Part shown: one piece after another, positions 23,525-36,700 of the stretch | Layout of the letters: every line of letters begins with the position of its first letter | Position numbering within the stretch: the first letter of the stretch is position 1 | NCBI GenBank assembly: GCA_043228905.1 | Contig: JBHGNT010000021.1 | Location: 1,550,001 to 1,614,000 of the forward strand | Reading direction: 5' to 3' | DNA length: 64,000 bases | DNA from: Azolla caroliniana | Taxonomy: Eukaryota > Plantae > Polypodiophyta | Program-made: the position numbers and the translations under genes | Notes under the pieces: model-generated | Seen by the model: the letters and a program-made list of their open reading frames with translations, nothing else | What the model was told of the DNA's origin: nothing | Database searches by the model: none

Positions 23525-26102
23525 TCACATCACATTCAGTTGAGATTCATTGATATAGTCCGTATGTTTTCCTTGTAGAATATTCACAAGAGGCATTTCT
23601 AAATCTGGATGTATATCGTTCTTCTCCACAACTTTCTCTTCTTCCATTGTCACTACAATAACCTTTGTCCTCCTTGTCAAGAGTTCATTGGCCACCACTG
23701 CATGAACTCCATATTTCTTTTGTGCATCCTTAGCCTTTTGAATCAGGATTGTTAGGTCTGTTTCAAGCTGCAAAATCAAAGGACATCTATAAAAATATGC
23801 TATATATGTTCAATATAATGAATAAAAAATGCTACAAATATTGTTGGCATATAGTTGATAGTAAAAATATTTTTGGTTTATTACATCTACACATGTTAAG
23901 GATTTCATGCGAAACAGAATGTGGAATAAGGTATTGTAGGAATTAATGCCATTGTGTTCTACATGGAAGATAATGTGACAGAACAGGGTAGTGGGATGTT
24001 TAAAAAAAATGTTTTTGTATGCTCTCGCCTATCCTAAGACATCTCCATTCTTTCTATCTGGTTTGATAATACAACTATATCTTGAACCTAAATAGTGTCA
24101 TTAATCACTGGACTCATAATGGCTTATCACCTTAAAAGACACACAAAAAGCTGAAGGAGCCCACTCTTCCCTCAATTTTTTAATCATTTTGGGAACGCTT
24201 GCAAGCTGCATTGCTAAAGGTCCCACAGAAGACTGTATTTTATGTTCATCCTGCTTATGGCACAGCAACAAAATTATTTATTTGAGAACTTATTAGTAAA
24301 TAGTAACCGATATTCTCAAATTGTAAATCCACTGTTCTCACCATGGCTTCCCATGGAACATAAAAATCTGATACAGCGGCAGCAAGGTAGAACATTCCAT
24401 TCCTCTTAAGGGTGTTCATACTTGTTGCAATGATGCGCAAACACTATTTCACATCACCATATTAAGAACCAGTTAGGACGAAGAACACAAGAATTATTTC
24501 ATAGCTGTAAACGGAAAAAATACATAGGCAACCACCTGTAGATATTCAAAAAGTGTTGAAAAAGGAACTTTCAAGAGCTTTCCTCCAAACATGGCCTGTC
24601 ATAGACATATATAATGTTACTATAAAATTTGACATAGATATGAAATTTTAAAAAGTACTTGACACCTGACCTCATGGTGGGATCTAACAGCAACCTCCAC
24701 AACCGTCTGATATTCTCTTTGGACTGTAGTTTATCAAGAAAATTGTTCTTGAATTTTATTTGCAATGAATAAATAATAGCAACTCAGACAACTATATGGC
24801 ACAAAAGTTTATCGTAAATTTGAACTGTTATATCTGGTTTCGTTGCTAGGAAAAATGCTCAGAAAATTCTCATAGACTATAGCTAGGAGGTCAAGGCTCC
24901 TAAGAATATTTAGCACCAACTGTGAAATATTAACAACGCAAGTTAGGTGGCATATTAAATATTTTTTCAATATCAACTTAGCAATATAATAGGAAATGAA
25001 GAGGACAAGTTTACAACACTGGAAACCAAATGGAAACGCTACACCTTACCATATGTATAAAAAACATATCTAACATGATACATATAAAGCATATGAAAGT
25101 TAAATAAATTCAAAATAATCAAGATGTAACTGGAAAGCAAACATATAAAACATGTCAATTAAATACAAGGAAACTAATACATCCAATACAAACAGAGTAA
25201 TAAAGCTGCTCAATTATCATCATCATTAAGATATTGATTGCGCACATCTGCAACTATGATCTTCCAAATGTGTTTACCTTGAATGCCTGCACTATCCGAT
25301 GGTTCAAAACATGTGAAGAGAGCATTTTCTGGAAGATGTCTGGAGAATGGTTGAATTGTCTCTCTGTGTGAAAGTCCAAAGAAACAAGCTTTTGCATCAA
25401 GTTTGATCTAGGGCATAAGTGGTTCAGTCTATGTATGCATGGATGTGTATGATACATCTATTTATGTATATACTCAGAAAATCTATACCTTCTATATAGA
25501 AAGATCACTGCATATCCTGCCTTCAAGAAGTATCTGCCAACATAGATACAAGAGTTAGTATTGATTGATCTTAAACCAGATCAGATGCGTGTACCATTTG
25601 GCTCCTACAACAAGCCTTCTACTTTGTTCTACGAATGCGCACGCAGACACACGCACACACATGTTTTCATTGCATGCTAATATTGCCTAAAAGAGTATGA
25701 ATTTATCATCGATATGTTTTAAAAGAGTATATCCTAATCCTTAAACACTTTCAGCAAGTATGACGCAAACTTACTCTGTGGATGCAGCTCCTCGGTTTCC
25801 TGAGCTGAAATTATCAATAAAACGAACACACCGGCGCTCCAAAGGAACTGTTGTGCCCCCAGATGTCACACAAACAAGACGAGCTTTTATTTCACCTGTA
25901 GAAAGAGAAGTGTATCTTACAAAAACTCCATAGCCCACATACTAAAAATGTTTCCAAGATAGCATAAGATTGTGTAAAGAGTTCAATGAGACTAACAGAT
26001 ATAATCAATGAATGTTTTAACTTTCTCTTGTATAAGACTTTCATCTTTGAGTCTTGGTGCGGATCTGAAAAACATATCCACATCTGACAACTTGTTGGCC
26101 AT
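23525..26102 (-). CDS. PPCS: Phosphopantothenate--cysteine ligase (CoaB/PPCS), 9 coding exons
   Basis: Exons 26102-25997, 25895-25775, 25533-25489, 25363-25278, 24723-24671, 24595-24536, 24443-24342, 24250-24131, 23767-23525. Motifs [74 protein letters not shown]. Confidence 0.95.
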
Positions 26103-26856
26103 ATTGTTCTCTTTTCAAAACCTACAAAAAAATATCTTTGAAAAGATGGAACTTTCTCAGTGAAGCAATACAAATCCATTGAAAGGGTTTTGCTAAATAA
26201 AATGTAACTCCATCGAATAGAAGTTTGTTGGGGGTTTCGAATACATGTGTTCTAAGTGCGTTTGAACCTCCCATTGAGGAGCAAACACTAGGCACGTGCT
26301 TGACTAATTTTCATACAAGATTCCTTGAAATAAACAATGTGACCTCACTTATATTCCATTACCTGAATAAGATTAGAATTTAGTAATTCCATCCAGCATC
26401 CCACTGATCATAATCATCATTCGAATTGACATACACTGCACGAGATGAGAACAAAGCAAATCGTTGCCTTCAACATCATTTAGACAATCCTACTCAAGTG
26501 TGTAAAGTGGATTATGATTTGTTTTCTGAGAGTTATCTTTGAGATCACGTCACCTACCGTAGTAATAATAAGGGGAAGGAATTCGAAGAAAGGGGGTGAT
26601 GTGTTGCTGATGTTGTGGAGATGGAGCAGCAAAGCACTGACAGAAGGGATAGGCAGAGAGGCAGAGGAGGAGAAGAGGTGTAGAGAGTAGTAATACAATT
26701 GTGATTTTTTATAGTGTACTTTTTCTTCATAGAATGTGCAAAATCTCAAGCATATGCCAAGAAGTATGTAGTAGTAATCTTCAATGTATGTATTCATGCA
26801 ACATCCATAAGTTTTTTCTTCATCCAAGCTTATCAATGATCAATCAAGTTCCAGGG

Positions 26857-26894
26857 TATGTATGTATGTATGTATGTATGTATGTATGTATGTA

Positions 26895-26955
<61 letters not shown>

Positions 26956-26975
26956 GTATGTATGTATGTATGTAT
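26857..26975. repeat. (TATG)n/(TATGTG)n compound microsatellite
   Basis: Directly visible. Confidence 0.95.
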
Positions 26976-28201
26976 AGATATCGTCTATTTGCTTTGCATT
27001 AACCATACAAAAAGCATGTCTTTCGTCGCATGATCTTACCTGTTACCTTTGCTTGTCCGTTACTAGGATGACCTGGAGGTTGGGACCAACAGTTGTACAA
27101 GAAACATTTCTTCACTCATGTATATACCCCGGATGTCCTTGTCACCTGCTTGCATCATAGAGACTCTCAAATGCAAATGCTTCCTCCACCTACGATTGGG
27201 AGAGAGAAATTTGCACGCCGATGTCATGTACCAAAATATCTAAATTATGTCATTTAATACTTCATACAGATCAAGCTCATTTAGGCCCTGGATAAGGCTA
27301 TGACATACTAGTAACATGGCATACATACATTGACTTCTTCCTTAAGGTGATCTTTGACTTTGAGAAAACTATTTGCTGGAACTTGTATCACATGCACCAT
27401 CTTCTTATTTTCAATATTGGTCTTGTCCAATTCACAATGAGCAATTGCCAAATGACACACTTTTTTGTGTGGAAATGAACCCTATAAAATCGTGACATAT
27501 ATGCGCATTTCAACAAGTTGTCCATGCTCTCATGGAGTAAGATGTTTAAATAATTTGAATTTGGTTCTTATATTGTATGAGTTTAACCTCAAGGTCGTAC
27601 AATGTTTGCTTGAGAGACAATCCTTCCCTTTAAGATGAGATGTCTCATGCATATCACGTGATCAAATATTTGAGCACACTTGTTGGCATTTTCCAATGTC
27701 TTTGGGTATAGATGGTGGACCTTCACATCATAATCTCGATCTAAACTATAAATAAACCCACATAATCTCTAGGCATAATCAAGATGCTCAAGCCTTAGTA
27801 TGATGACATGTATATATAATAACCGAGTGAAATCTAACATATGGTGGTGTCAAAGGAGGGAGATATACATTTTATTATCATCTTTAGAAGTCAAATATGA
27901 CCTATGAGACAAAAAATGTAACGTTGGTAGCTCATTTTGTAAGGTTCTTTTGTGGAGAGCAAAAGGTCATTGCCAATTGCATCTAGTAAATTGAGAAAAT
28001 AGGTACAGTGTAACATAAAGGCATAAAAGTCTAGCATTGAGCCCAAAAGCCTTCTGTGGTAATCTAACATTGTAATTACAATAAAAAAGAGTTATGGGAG
28101 AGTTCCAAAACAAATTTGTCGTGTTGTTTAGTGTTATAACATCTAATTGCAACATCGTGTGTTATAACATTAAAAAGAAAAGGCCAAAGGTTCTATTGAA
28201 A

Positions 28202-28456
28202 AAGAATTCCCCTTCCTAAAAGCATTATACATCTAATCCCATAATTATGGTCAATTGCTAATCTAAACTACAAAATGACATGACCATGATTCTCCATTGA
28301 ACCATACAACATACAACCATCCTTCCTCAAGAATCCCCTTCCTAAAAGCATTATAGCTCTAATACCATAATTACATGGTCAATTGCCAATCTAAACTACA
28401 AAATGACATACCCATGATTCAACTTGAACCATCCAATATACAATCATCCTTCCTCA
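28202..28456. repeat. ~127-bp tandem duplication
   Basis: aagaattccccttcctaaaagcattat...catccttcctc starts at 28202 and again at 28329, with several mismatches. Confidence 0.9.
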
Positions 28457-29910
28457 TCCCCGCCATTGTTCATTGGTTCCACATACAAGGGCTACATATA
28501 TGACTCCTAAGTTTGCGTGCCAATGTACTATTGGCATGTAGACGACTACCTTAAGTCCATACAACAATGTTATATTCTATTCCTGTTTTGAGACTTGAAT
28601 ATAAATTGCAAGTAGATTTGAGGTACATATCTGAATATGCGCATTCATTAACCACTATGGTCTCCTCATATAGTTTGATTACTCTACAACATTGAGGTAA
28701 TTCCTATTGTTCAATGGTATACCATCTTTCCCCTCCTTACAACTCGAACTTATTCTCAAACATGTGAAAATCATTTGGAGGTAACTCGCATTTATAATGT
28801 TTGAAGGTTGCAACTCACTCACGTTGTAGAACCTTGTGTTTGGCTATTTTGTTTTATGGCATGCATTAGTGGTGAAGATATCCAAAAATCTTGCATATTG
28901 GTACATTGTGTTATGTATTCTATGATAGGGCAATATTATAAACTCTCCTAATTTTATTTATGGTTCATTAATTCTATTCGAAAGTTGACATCTCTAGGGT
29001 TGTCTTGAATTCAAACTCACGTAAGTGGAGCCACCGTTATAGACATTAGTTTCATTTGCCCCAATATGATGAAAGGTTACCAAATAATGATTAGACAACA
29101 AAATACATGTTGACTAGAACTTGTTGGGTATTATGGCACATCCTCGATCATCCCCTTTCTTTTTATGGGAATATCACACATTTTTGTAGTGAAATTCTTA
29201 GATTTCTTAATCCATTAGTTGTGATTCGTGTTGATTGACCACTTTTTGTTTATTGCATTGGTCATTTGAAAGCAAGTTCACCTTCAAGCCATGCTCTATT
29301 TTCATGGGTAACACCTAGTGTATAGTCTATCTACCATGACATGTCTATTTGTCTTTTTCAATGCACTATCTCCTCTCTTAACATGAACACCCAACCAAAA
29401 CAGGAAAGCGTCGAATTTTCCACTAGGAGTAGAAATATTCTTCGATCGATTGCACCATGGGGGCATGAATGAATCAGGGTGGGGCTAGAATGGGTACTCA
29501 AAGTATGAAGCTTCGATAAGACAAGCGAGTCCTAGCTAGTAGCGCGAACTATGGTTAGGGTAAGCACTAGCATACGACGGAGCTTTATCCGCATCTATAT
29601 GGCAGGATGCGGAGCGAACGAAGCCAAGCCAGGGGGACGAAATGGGCACTCGAAAAGGGCGCCAATGGTCCTGCTTGTGGCACTATCTTTGGCAGGTGGT
29701 ATGGTATGGGTTTGAAAGAGGAAAGAAGAGAAGGTAGTGAGTGCACCCAATCAAATGGGGAAATGCATCTTCTTCTTATCTCAAGCAAACACAACAACAA
29801 CATCAACATCAACAGTATAGTATGTAATATTTAAGAAATAACACACAAAAAAACAGAGCAGCAACACTCCAAGAAGAAGAAATATCCACAAAAATATTGA
29901 ACCTTCAGAT

Positions 29911-30038
29911 ATGGTTGCTCTGTTCTCTACTTTGCCATCTTCTCTCTCCTCCTCCTCCTCCTCCTCCTCATCTTCTTCTTCTTCTGTGCTTCTTCCCTCC
30001 TCAACCATCTCTTTCCTTCCAGGTACTTATTATATATG

Positions 30039-30074
<36 letters not shown>

Positions 30075-32154
30075 TGTATGTATTTCTCCTCCCCTCTCTA
30101 ATTCCATCTGTTGCTTATTTAGTTCTAGAAGAAGCTAATTGAATCATTTTACGAAACCCCCTGTTGTGGTCTAGTTTTGCAGGTACAGAAGTCAGTAAAG
30201 TGTATTGGAAAGCCATGCCTTCATCTCAAGTATGTAAAAAGAAGATGGTGTGTGGTCAAGGCACAGAAAGTTCAGGACCTAGTTGATTCAGCTCAGCAAC
30301 TTGAGGTAGTTCTGTATGTCTTTTTTCCATCCTTGCTTTATTTCAATATGACCATATATGCTTCTTCTTCTTTATATGTTACATTTATATGTGTATGATT
30401 ATGATTATGTCCTTGTAGCTTGTAGAGGATGTTAAAAGGAAGCTAGAAAGTATGCATCCAGATTTGCCAGTAGGAAGAAATGGAAGGGATGATGAAGAGC
30501 TCCTCCTTTGGTTTCTGAAAGACAGGAAATATGATGTGGATGCTGCGGTAGGAAAACTGGTTAAGGCCCTTGTATCCCACACACACAAACATACATATAT
30601 GTATTCACAATATCTCCCTAGTATGTATGTGTGAATGCTTATGTACGTGTGTATGTAGGAATGTGTGTGTGTGTGTATGGATGTAGGTATATGTATGTAT
30701 ATGTGTGTGTATATATTTGTGTGTGAATGTGTGTATGTATGTACGTATGTACATACGAATTTATGTGTGTGCAATGTGTATGATATGTACATATGCATGT
30801 TTCTGTCTGCAGATATCTATGGATGTCTGCACAATGAATGGATGTCAGAGGCAGTGATTGCAGCCCTTTGGAACAGAATAAACTAGCCTTTATGTATGGA
30901 CAGATAGATACATGGATAGATGCATCATGAATGGATGGATGGGTGGATTAATGAATATACTTGGAGTGAAATGTCCCTCCAAAACAGACACATATTAGAT
31001 ATTAACATAATGTGTTGTATATGTGTTTGTATGCACACATGGATATTGCTGTTTATGTATACACACAGCCATACAATGGCTAATAGTATGAAATCTATAA
31101 GATTGATGCTACATAATATGATTTATGTCTGTGTGATGATGCTGATGGCTCCCATACAAGTATCAATGTATGGATGTGCCCATCTACAGTACTCTAATTT
31201 CCTTGTTAAGGTGTGATTATCAATGGAGTGAAGGCCCTTGTGTCCTTAACAACGAAGTGTGCAAGACCTGGCGTCGAGACTTTGGAGTTGATAGTCTAAC
31301 AGAAGAATCAGTCCGAGAGATTGCAGGCACAGGCCAAGCTTATCTACATTCATGTCCTGATGTTGAAGGGAGGCCAGTGGTGGTAGTGGTGGCAGCAAAT
31401 CACATACCAGCTGTAAGTTGTCCGTGAATATCGCTACATTTTTCTACAGTTCTTCCTTCCAGGATCGGATCTGGACTCTTGACCTACGGGTTATAGGACT
31501 ATGACTGAACCTGTAGAGCAACCCACTTCAAATTTACACATTTCATTGTCTCTACAAGACCTTTACTTACCTTTCTTATTTATTGACATATCACCAGAGA
31601 GATGATCTTATCGAAAGCGAAAAGCTCTGTATCTATCTCATAGAGAAGGCTTTAAGCCAACTACCACCTGACAAAGAGAGAATTCTCGGGATTTTCGACT
31701 TGAGAGGCTTCACTTCAAGGAATGGGGACTTGCAATTCGTCAAGTTCTTGGTGAGCTCCTTTGGGTCAAGAATACCTAGTTTAACAAAGTTCACAAGTAG
31801 AAATAAAGATTGACCAATTGAGCTACATTTCTAGGTAGATGTGTTTTTTAACTATTATCCGAAGAGATTAGACCAAGTGTTGTTTGTCGAGGCTCCATTC
31901 ATTTTTCAGCCCGGATGGAATATGGTCAAACCATGGCTTAAGTCTTATGCTAGATTGGTAAGTTAACAAACATTTAAATGAGAGATGATAGAATTGTAGA
32001 ATTCCTTTGTTTATTTTGTTTTTGTCATCTTAAAGGCCAATATCATCGCGTCTATTGACAGGTAAGATTTTGCACAGCGGATGTGGTTCGACAAGAGTAC
32101 TTTACACCAAAGACAGTGCCGCCTGGCTTCAGGGCTTCTAGTACCTCCGATTAA
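29911..32154 (+). CDS. CPSFL1: Chloroplast Sec14/CRAL-TRIO lipid-binding protein (CPSFL1/PITP7-like), 7 exons
   Basis: Exons 29911-30022, 30175-30305, 30419-30571, 31266-31412, 31598-31750, 31835-31957, 32062-32154. Ser-rich transit-like N-terminus. Motifs [61 protein letters not shown]. Confidence 0.88.
30572..31265 (+). other. Probable U12-type (minor spliceosome) GT-AG intron
   Basis: Donor GTATCCCA; exact branch TCCTTAAC at 31243-31250, ~15 nt before an AAG acceptor; no polypyrimidine tract. Confidence 0.75.
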
Positions 32155-33488
32155 TACCAAGTTGAAGAGACTTAAAAACATTTTACTCTATATTTTTGTC
32201 CAATTTTGTAACTTACACCCCTCATAATTGTTGTATCTTGTATTCACTTTTGCACCCATCAAAAGATGCCCATAGAACTGTAGCTATTAAAAAGTACGTG
32301 TTTTTTTAGTAACTAGTAACTACCATGGAAGAATTTCCACCCAATGACTTCATCATGTAAAGAATGCCATCTGATGTCAACAAGGCTTATTCATTCTTGG
32401 TGCATGAGAGATTGTCATTCATTGCCTTTTATTGAAAAGGTTAATTCTGTTGATCTTTCACTCTTCCTATAAAGGAAATGTGACATCAACAGTGTTGTAA
32501 AGCCATATTTTCATAATTAACACATCATGAAACCGACAATAATGTAATCTCTTGAAAGGTTGGAGCTTTCCTCTAGCAAGCAATAATATGATATGTAGTG
32601 ATCTGAGAACTTTATTCTATGGAGGAGTCTTCATCTTGTTAGGCATGTGCTTTGTGGTCATAAGTGTATAGAAGGTGATCTCCAAAATTTGGCAGGCCTT
32701 ATATTTCTATTGACATGGATTGCTGTCACTTTGGTTCACAAACATTTCATTAACAAACATTGATATCCATTGAAAGTTCTATATGATATATTGATGGGTG
32801 GATTAAAGGTTAAAGTTTGTACGAAGTAAACATTGTAACACACATTTCGAACACCTTTATGTACAAAAGCATGCATTTGTGAAGTGGATAGAATGCTTAA
32901 CATAAATTTTAAATAGCATTGGGAAGGGGAAAATGATAGTGCCTGTCCAAAGAAACTGAAGTCATACTAAATAAATATGAAGGCTTTCCAACTTGTGGTG
33001 TATTACAACCTCTCATAACATGCTCATGCGCCTGAAAACGATAACTTTTTGTAAGCTACATGTGGAATAGAAATACAAGACCAAACTATTAGCATATAAT
33101 ATGGTGGGGAATCCATCTCTCTAAGCACGTCATGTGATAGGCGAACTTAAAAGAGCAAACTATTTAACGAAGCATACGGTGGGAAATTGATCTATCTCAG
33201 CATGTCACTCTAATAGTGTTTTATTACACAATGTTTTCGAGCGTTTTTCTTGAACAAACTGCAGAACACGGATGAGAGAGTGGCTAAGTCTAATGAGAAG
33301 GGCATTTTTCCAATGGGAAGGAAGGAATATATACATAATAAATAGAAGGGAAACAGAGGAGGGCATCTCGGGAATTAAAGGAAACTAACTACCTCACACC
33401 ATCTCTCTCTCTCTCTCTCTTGCATCTCTCTTTGTTCTACTCTTCTTCCCTCACTTGTCTCCTCCTCTGCCTCTCCTCTGCTGCTGCC

Positions 33489-33673
33489 ATGGCTCTTCAA
33501 CGCTCTCAGACGATTCTCGACTTCTCTCCCATCGCATCTTTCCCTTGCATCACCTCGACACCGTCTCTTCACACAGCCAGGTCAGGGTTCTCTTTATCAG
33601 TTTCTTCTTTCATCTCTATCTCATTTTGATCTTTCCTTTCCTCTTTTTTTTTTCGTTCGTTAGTTTAGTTAGA

Positions 33674-33707
<34 letters not shown>

Positions 33708-36700
33708 AAATTCAACGTTTTGAATAGAGTGATACGCGAATAGGGCAAAACCAAATCTAGACAATGATTTGTATCTGTATATTTCATTATCTTTGTGTTG
33801 TGAGTTAGAATTAGAATTAGAATTAGAATTTTTATCGTCCATAAATAGGCCAATTTTGACCTATGGGACCAGAGTATACATGTGTTCTTGATATGTGTCT
33901 CCTTCCTAAGAAGGGGTATTCATACATTGAAGCACAAAGTCTCTATGTATGAATAAAGCATACACATATGAGCTCAACCTTCTCGGTGGTTCATCGAAAG
34001 AAAGAAGAGGGAGATAGAGAGAGGTGGAGTAGTCGAGATGACATGTGAGAATGGTTTGTATCTGTATATCCAGAGATATAAAGGAAGGAAGGAAAGAAGA
34101 AAGATATATCAATGTCTACTAGAGGCCAAAAACAGCCTATTAGACAAATTGTGATTACAAAAACTAGTGAACTCATTTTATTCATACTAAAACTAAAATA
34201 AAAACTCTTCATTATCTTAGTGCATGGCTTATATATACGAGAGTAATGGTGACTGGGTTTCGTATCCAACATTGGTTGATGCAGTGAAATGCCATTATGA
34301 ATTTTTTTAACAAGTGCCTGGATTTCCTTGTGTGGATTGGATACGGTGGATTCTACATAGAGGGTAGCATACATCTCTCTGATGTGGTTAAAATCTGACA
34401 TCTGTACAAAAATGTTCCTCACTTTCGATCTCTGCTTCATATAATTTGCAAAATCTTTCAGTTCTAGGTATGCGAAGTGTTTGTGTTGCCTCAATCTCTA
34501 GTTGATGGAAGAGAACTCTGAGTTGGTTTATTGCTTTGCGAGCACTTTGGCGCACGTAGATGTCCATGTACCTCAGTTCTTGTATGAATCCATCCTCTGA
34601 AATGATCTTCATAATAACCTGTCTTTGAGGGAAGTGGCTCTTTTTGTGAGCCAAGTCTTTTGTATGTAGATTTCCATAGGCCTTACCACCATACCTTGTT
34701 CTTTTCATAATTTTGGAGAGGTGTGCAATATTGAGAAGGTGGCAACTTCTCACTGTTAAGGCCATTGTTATTGAATTACTTTCTCACATGTAAGTACCAT
34801 GATCCTTCTGTGTGCTCTGTTGTTACCATTTGCCTCAATGCTTCAAACGCCTCATTTGTAATTCTTTGAGGTGGCATGGTTCCAATTCATGTTGGTGGTG
34901 TTCACTGTCTGAAATGATCTTTGGTGCTTTGGATGCTTTGTTATGTATAATCTGTGACAACTTCATGATTTAGTTCGAAGATGCATGGGGTGAATGCGTT
35001 TATTTGTGGAGGTTTATGAGAAGATCATCTCATCAATGAGCCCAGTTTGCATAGGGGCATCACTCAGCTTTTCAGGTGTAATGTGTAATTCTTTGAGGTG
35101 GCATGGTCCGAATCCAGTTGATGAGGTTCACTGTTTAGAATGATCTCTTGTTCTATGGATGTTTTATTATTTATCATCTGTGGCAACACAATGATGTATG
35201 AAGATGCATGTGGTGAATGTGTTTATTTTTGGAGATTTATGAGAAGATAATTTTATTAAGGAGATCAGTTTGCATAGGAGCTTTGCTCAGCTTTTCCCTT
35301 GATGGTTGAGATCCAAAATCCTAATTGTTTTGAAGAAACAAGAATGCTTTGTCAAGTTTAAGATTGATGGATACGGTTTGTATATATTATATCCTACTGA
35401 TATGTCAGCGTATCTCTTGGAGTATTGTGTGGACCCTGTTTACTATACCTATAGCCCATTCAAACTCTATTTTTTTTGGATACTACACGCTACGCAGGAG
35501 TTGATGTGAGGCCAATGTGAAAGAGCCTCTTGATTGCGCTGAATCGTTTTTGGCTTTGAATCTTTCTAACTATGGTATTGCACCGATATTGTAAGTTAGT
35601 CAATCTCAAAGTTTTGTTGGTATTTTGAAGTGGGTTTTCAAGCTCTCTGTTTTAAAGAGAAGAGCATATGTCTTTTCCTTGTATGTTTAGGACCTTGGGG
35701 TCACCACTCTTGAAATTAAAATAATTAAATATTTTTCAACTCCATTTGTCTCAATAGGGGTCTATCTTAATTTATGCTATATTTTCTGATAATCACTGTC
35801 TTAATTTTACATTTTTGATGTTTGAATCCGTTTATAAAATGCAAGCCAAATGTAAAACTTTGAAGCTTTATGCTTTAGGCAGGCCATAAACCAGATTGGG
35901 AGAAAACACATCGAAAGCTAATATATATTTTTATTGACTATTAGAGCAAGCTGTTTGCGAACTTAATATTTTTGTTATGAAAGTTAGGTAATGTACAATG
36001 ACTTGATATGCTTTTATGTATTAAAATAATAACAATAAAAGGCTATTGTTTGGTTTTCCTTAAACAGACTAAACAGTGATTGTTGCAATTGGTCATTTGG
36101 AGGTTTGGTTGCCTCCAGGACATTCAGAATCTCAATCAGTAAGAAACCGACGTCAAAGAGTCGGAACTCAAGGCTGGTTGTTCGAGCAGATTCTGTATGG
36201 ATACGACTATTCCTTTTCATTCATCAACTACATTCTCAGTGCTTTTCTCATGGGTGAGCTTCAAAAAAGCTTATATTATTATTTTTAGGACTATTACAAC
36301 ATTCTTGGTGTGTCAAAAACTGCAAGCAAATCAGAAATCAAAAGCTGTAAGTATTGGAAGTCTTAATTGTCTCTTGGCAAATATTTGGAAGGCTTAATTG
36401 ACCTGTAAAAGTGACACAGTTTTATTGATTTGTTTTCCAGCTTATCGGAAATTGGCGAGGCAATATCATCCAGATGTCAACAAGTGAGTCTATTTTAGTC
36501 AATTATTCAGTCATGGTTGAGTCTATTTCAAATCATGCGGCACATATGTGAAGCCTATCCTGACCAAAGGTTGTGGGGATTGTAGTAAAAGTATGGAGTG
36601 GTATGAAGAAGTTAACATGTCCGGAACGCATGGGCTCACTTCACCTCACATTCATCTACTTTATAGATCTAATAAGATTTAGAAACTTGGAAGATGTATG

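Noticed and set aside
26701-27033. ORFs with YVYV/CMYV runs (also 30385-31216 and 44749-45063)
   Set aside because: Translations of microsatellites.
30183-30290. Apparent frameshift in the CPSFL1-like gene if the CAG at 30180-30182 is the acceptor
   Set aside because: The upstream TAG at 30172-30174, the first AG after a CTAAT branch, restores the frame.
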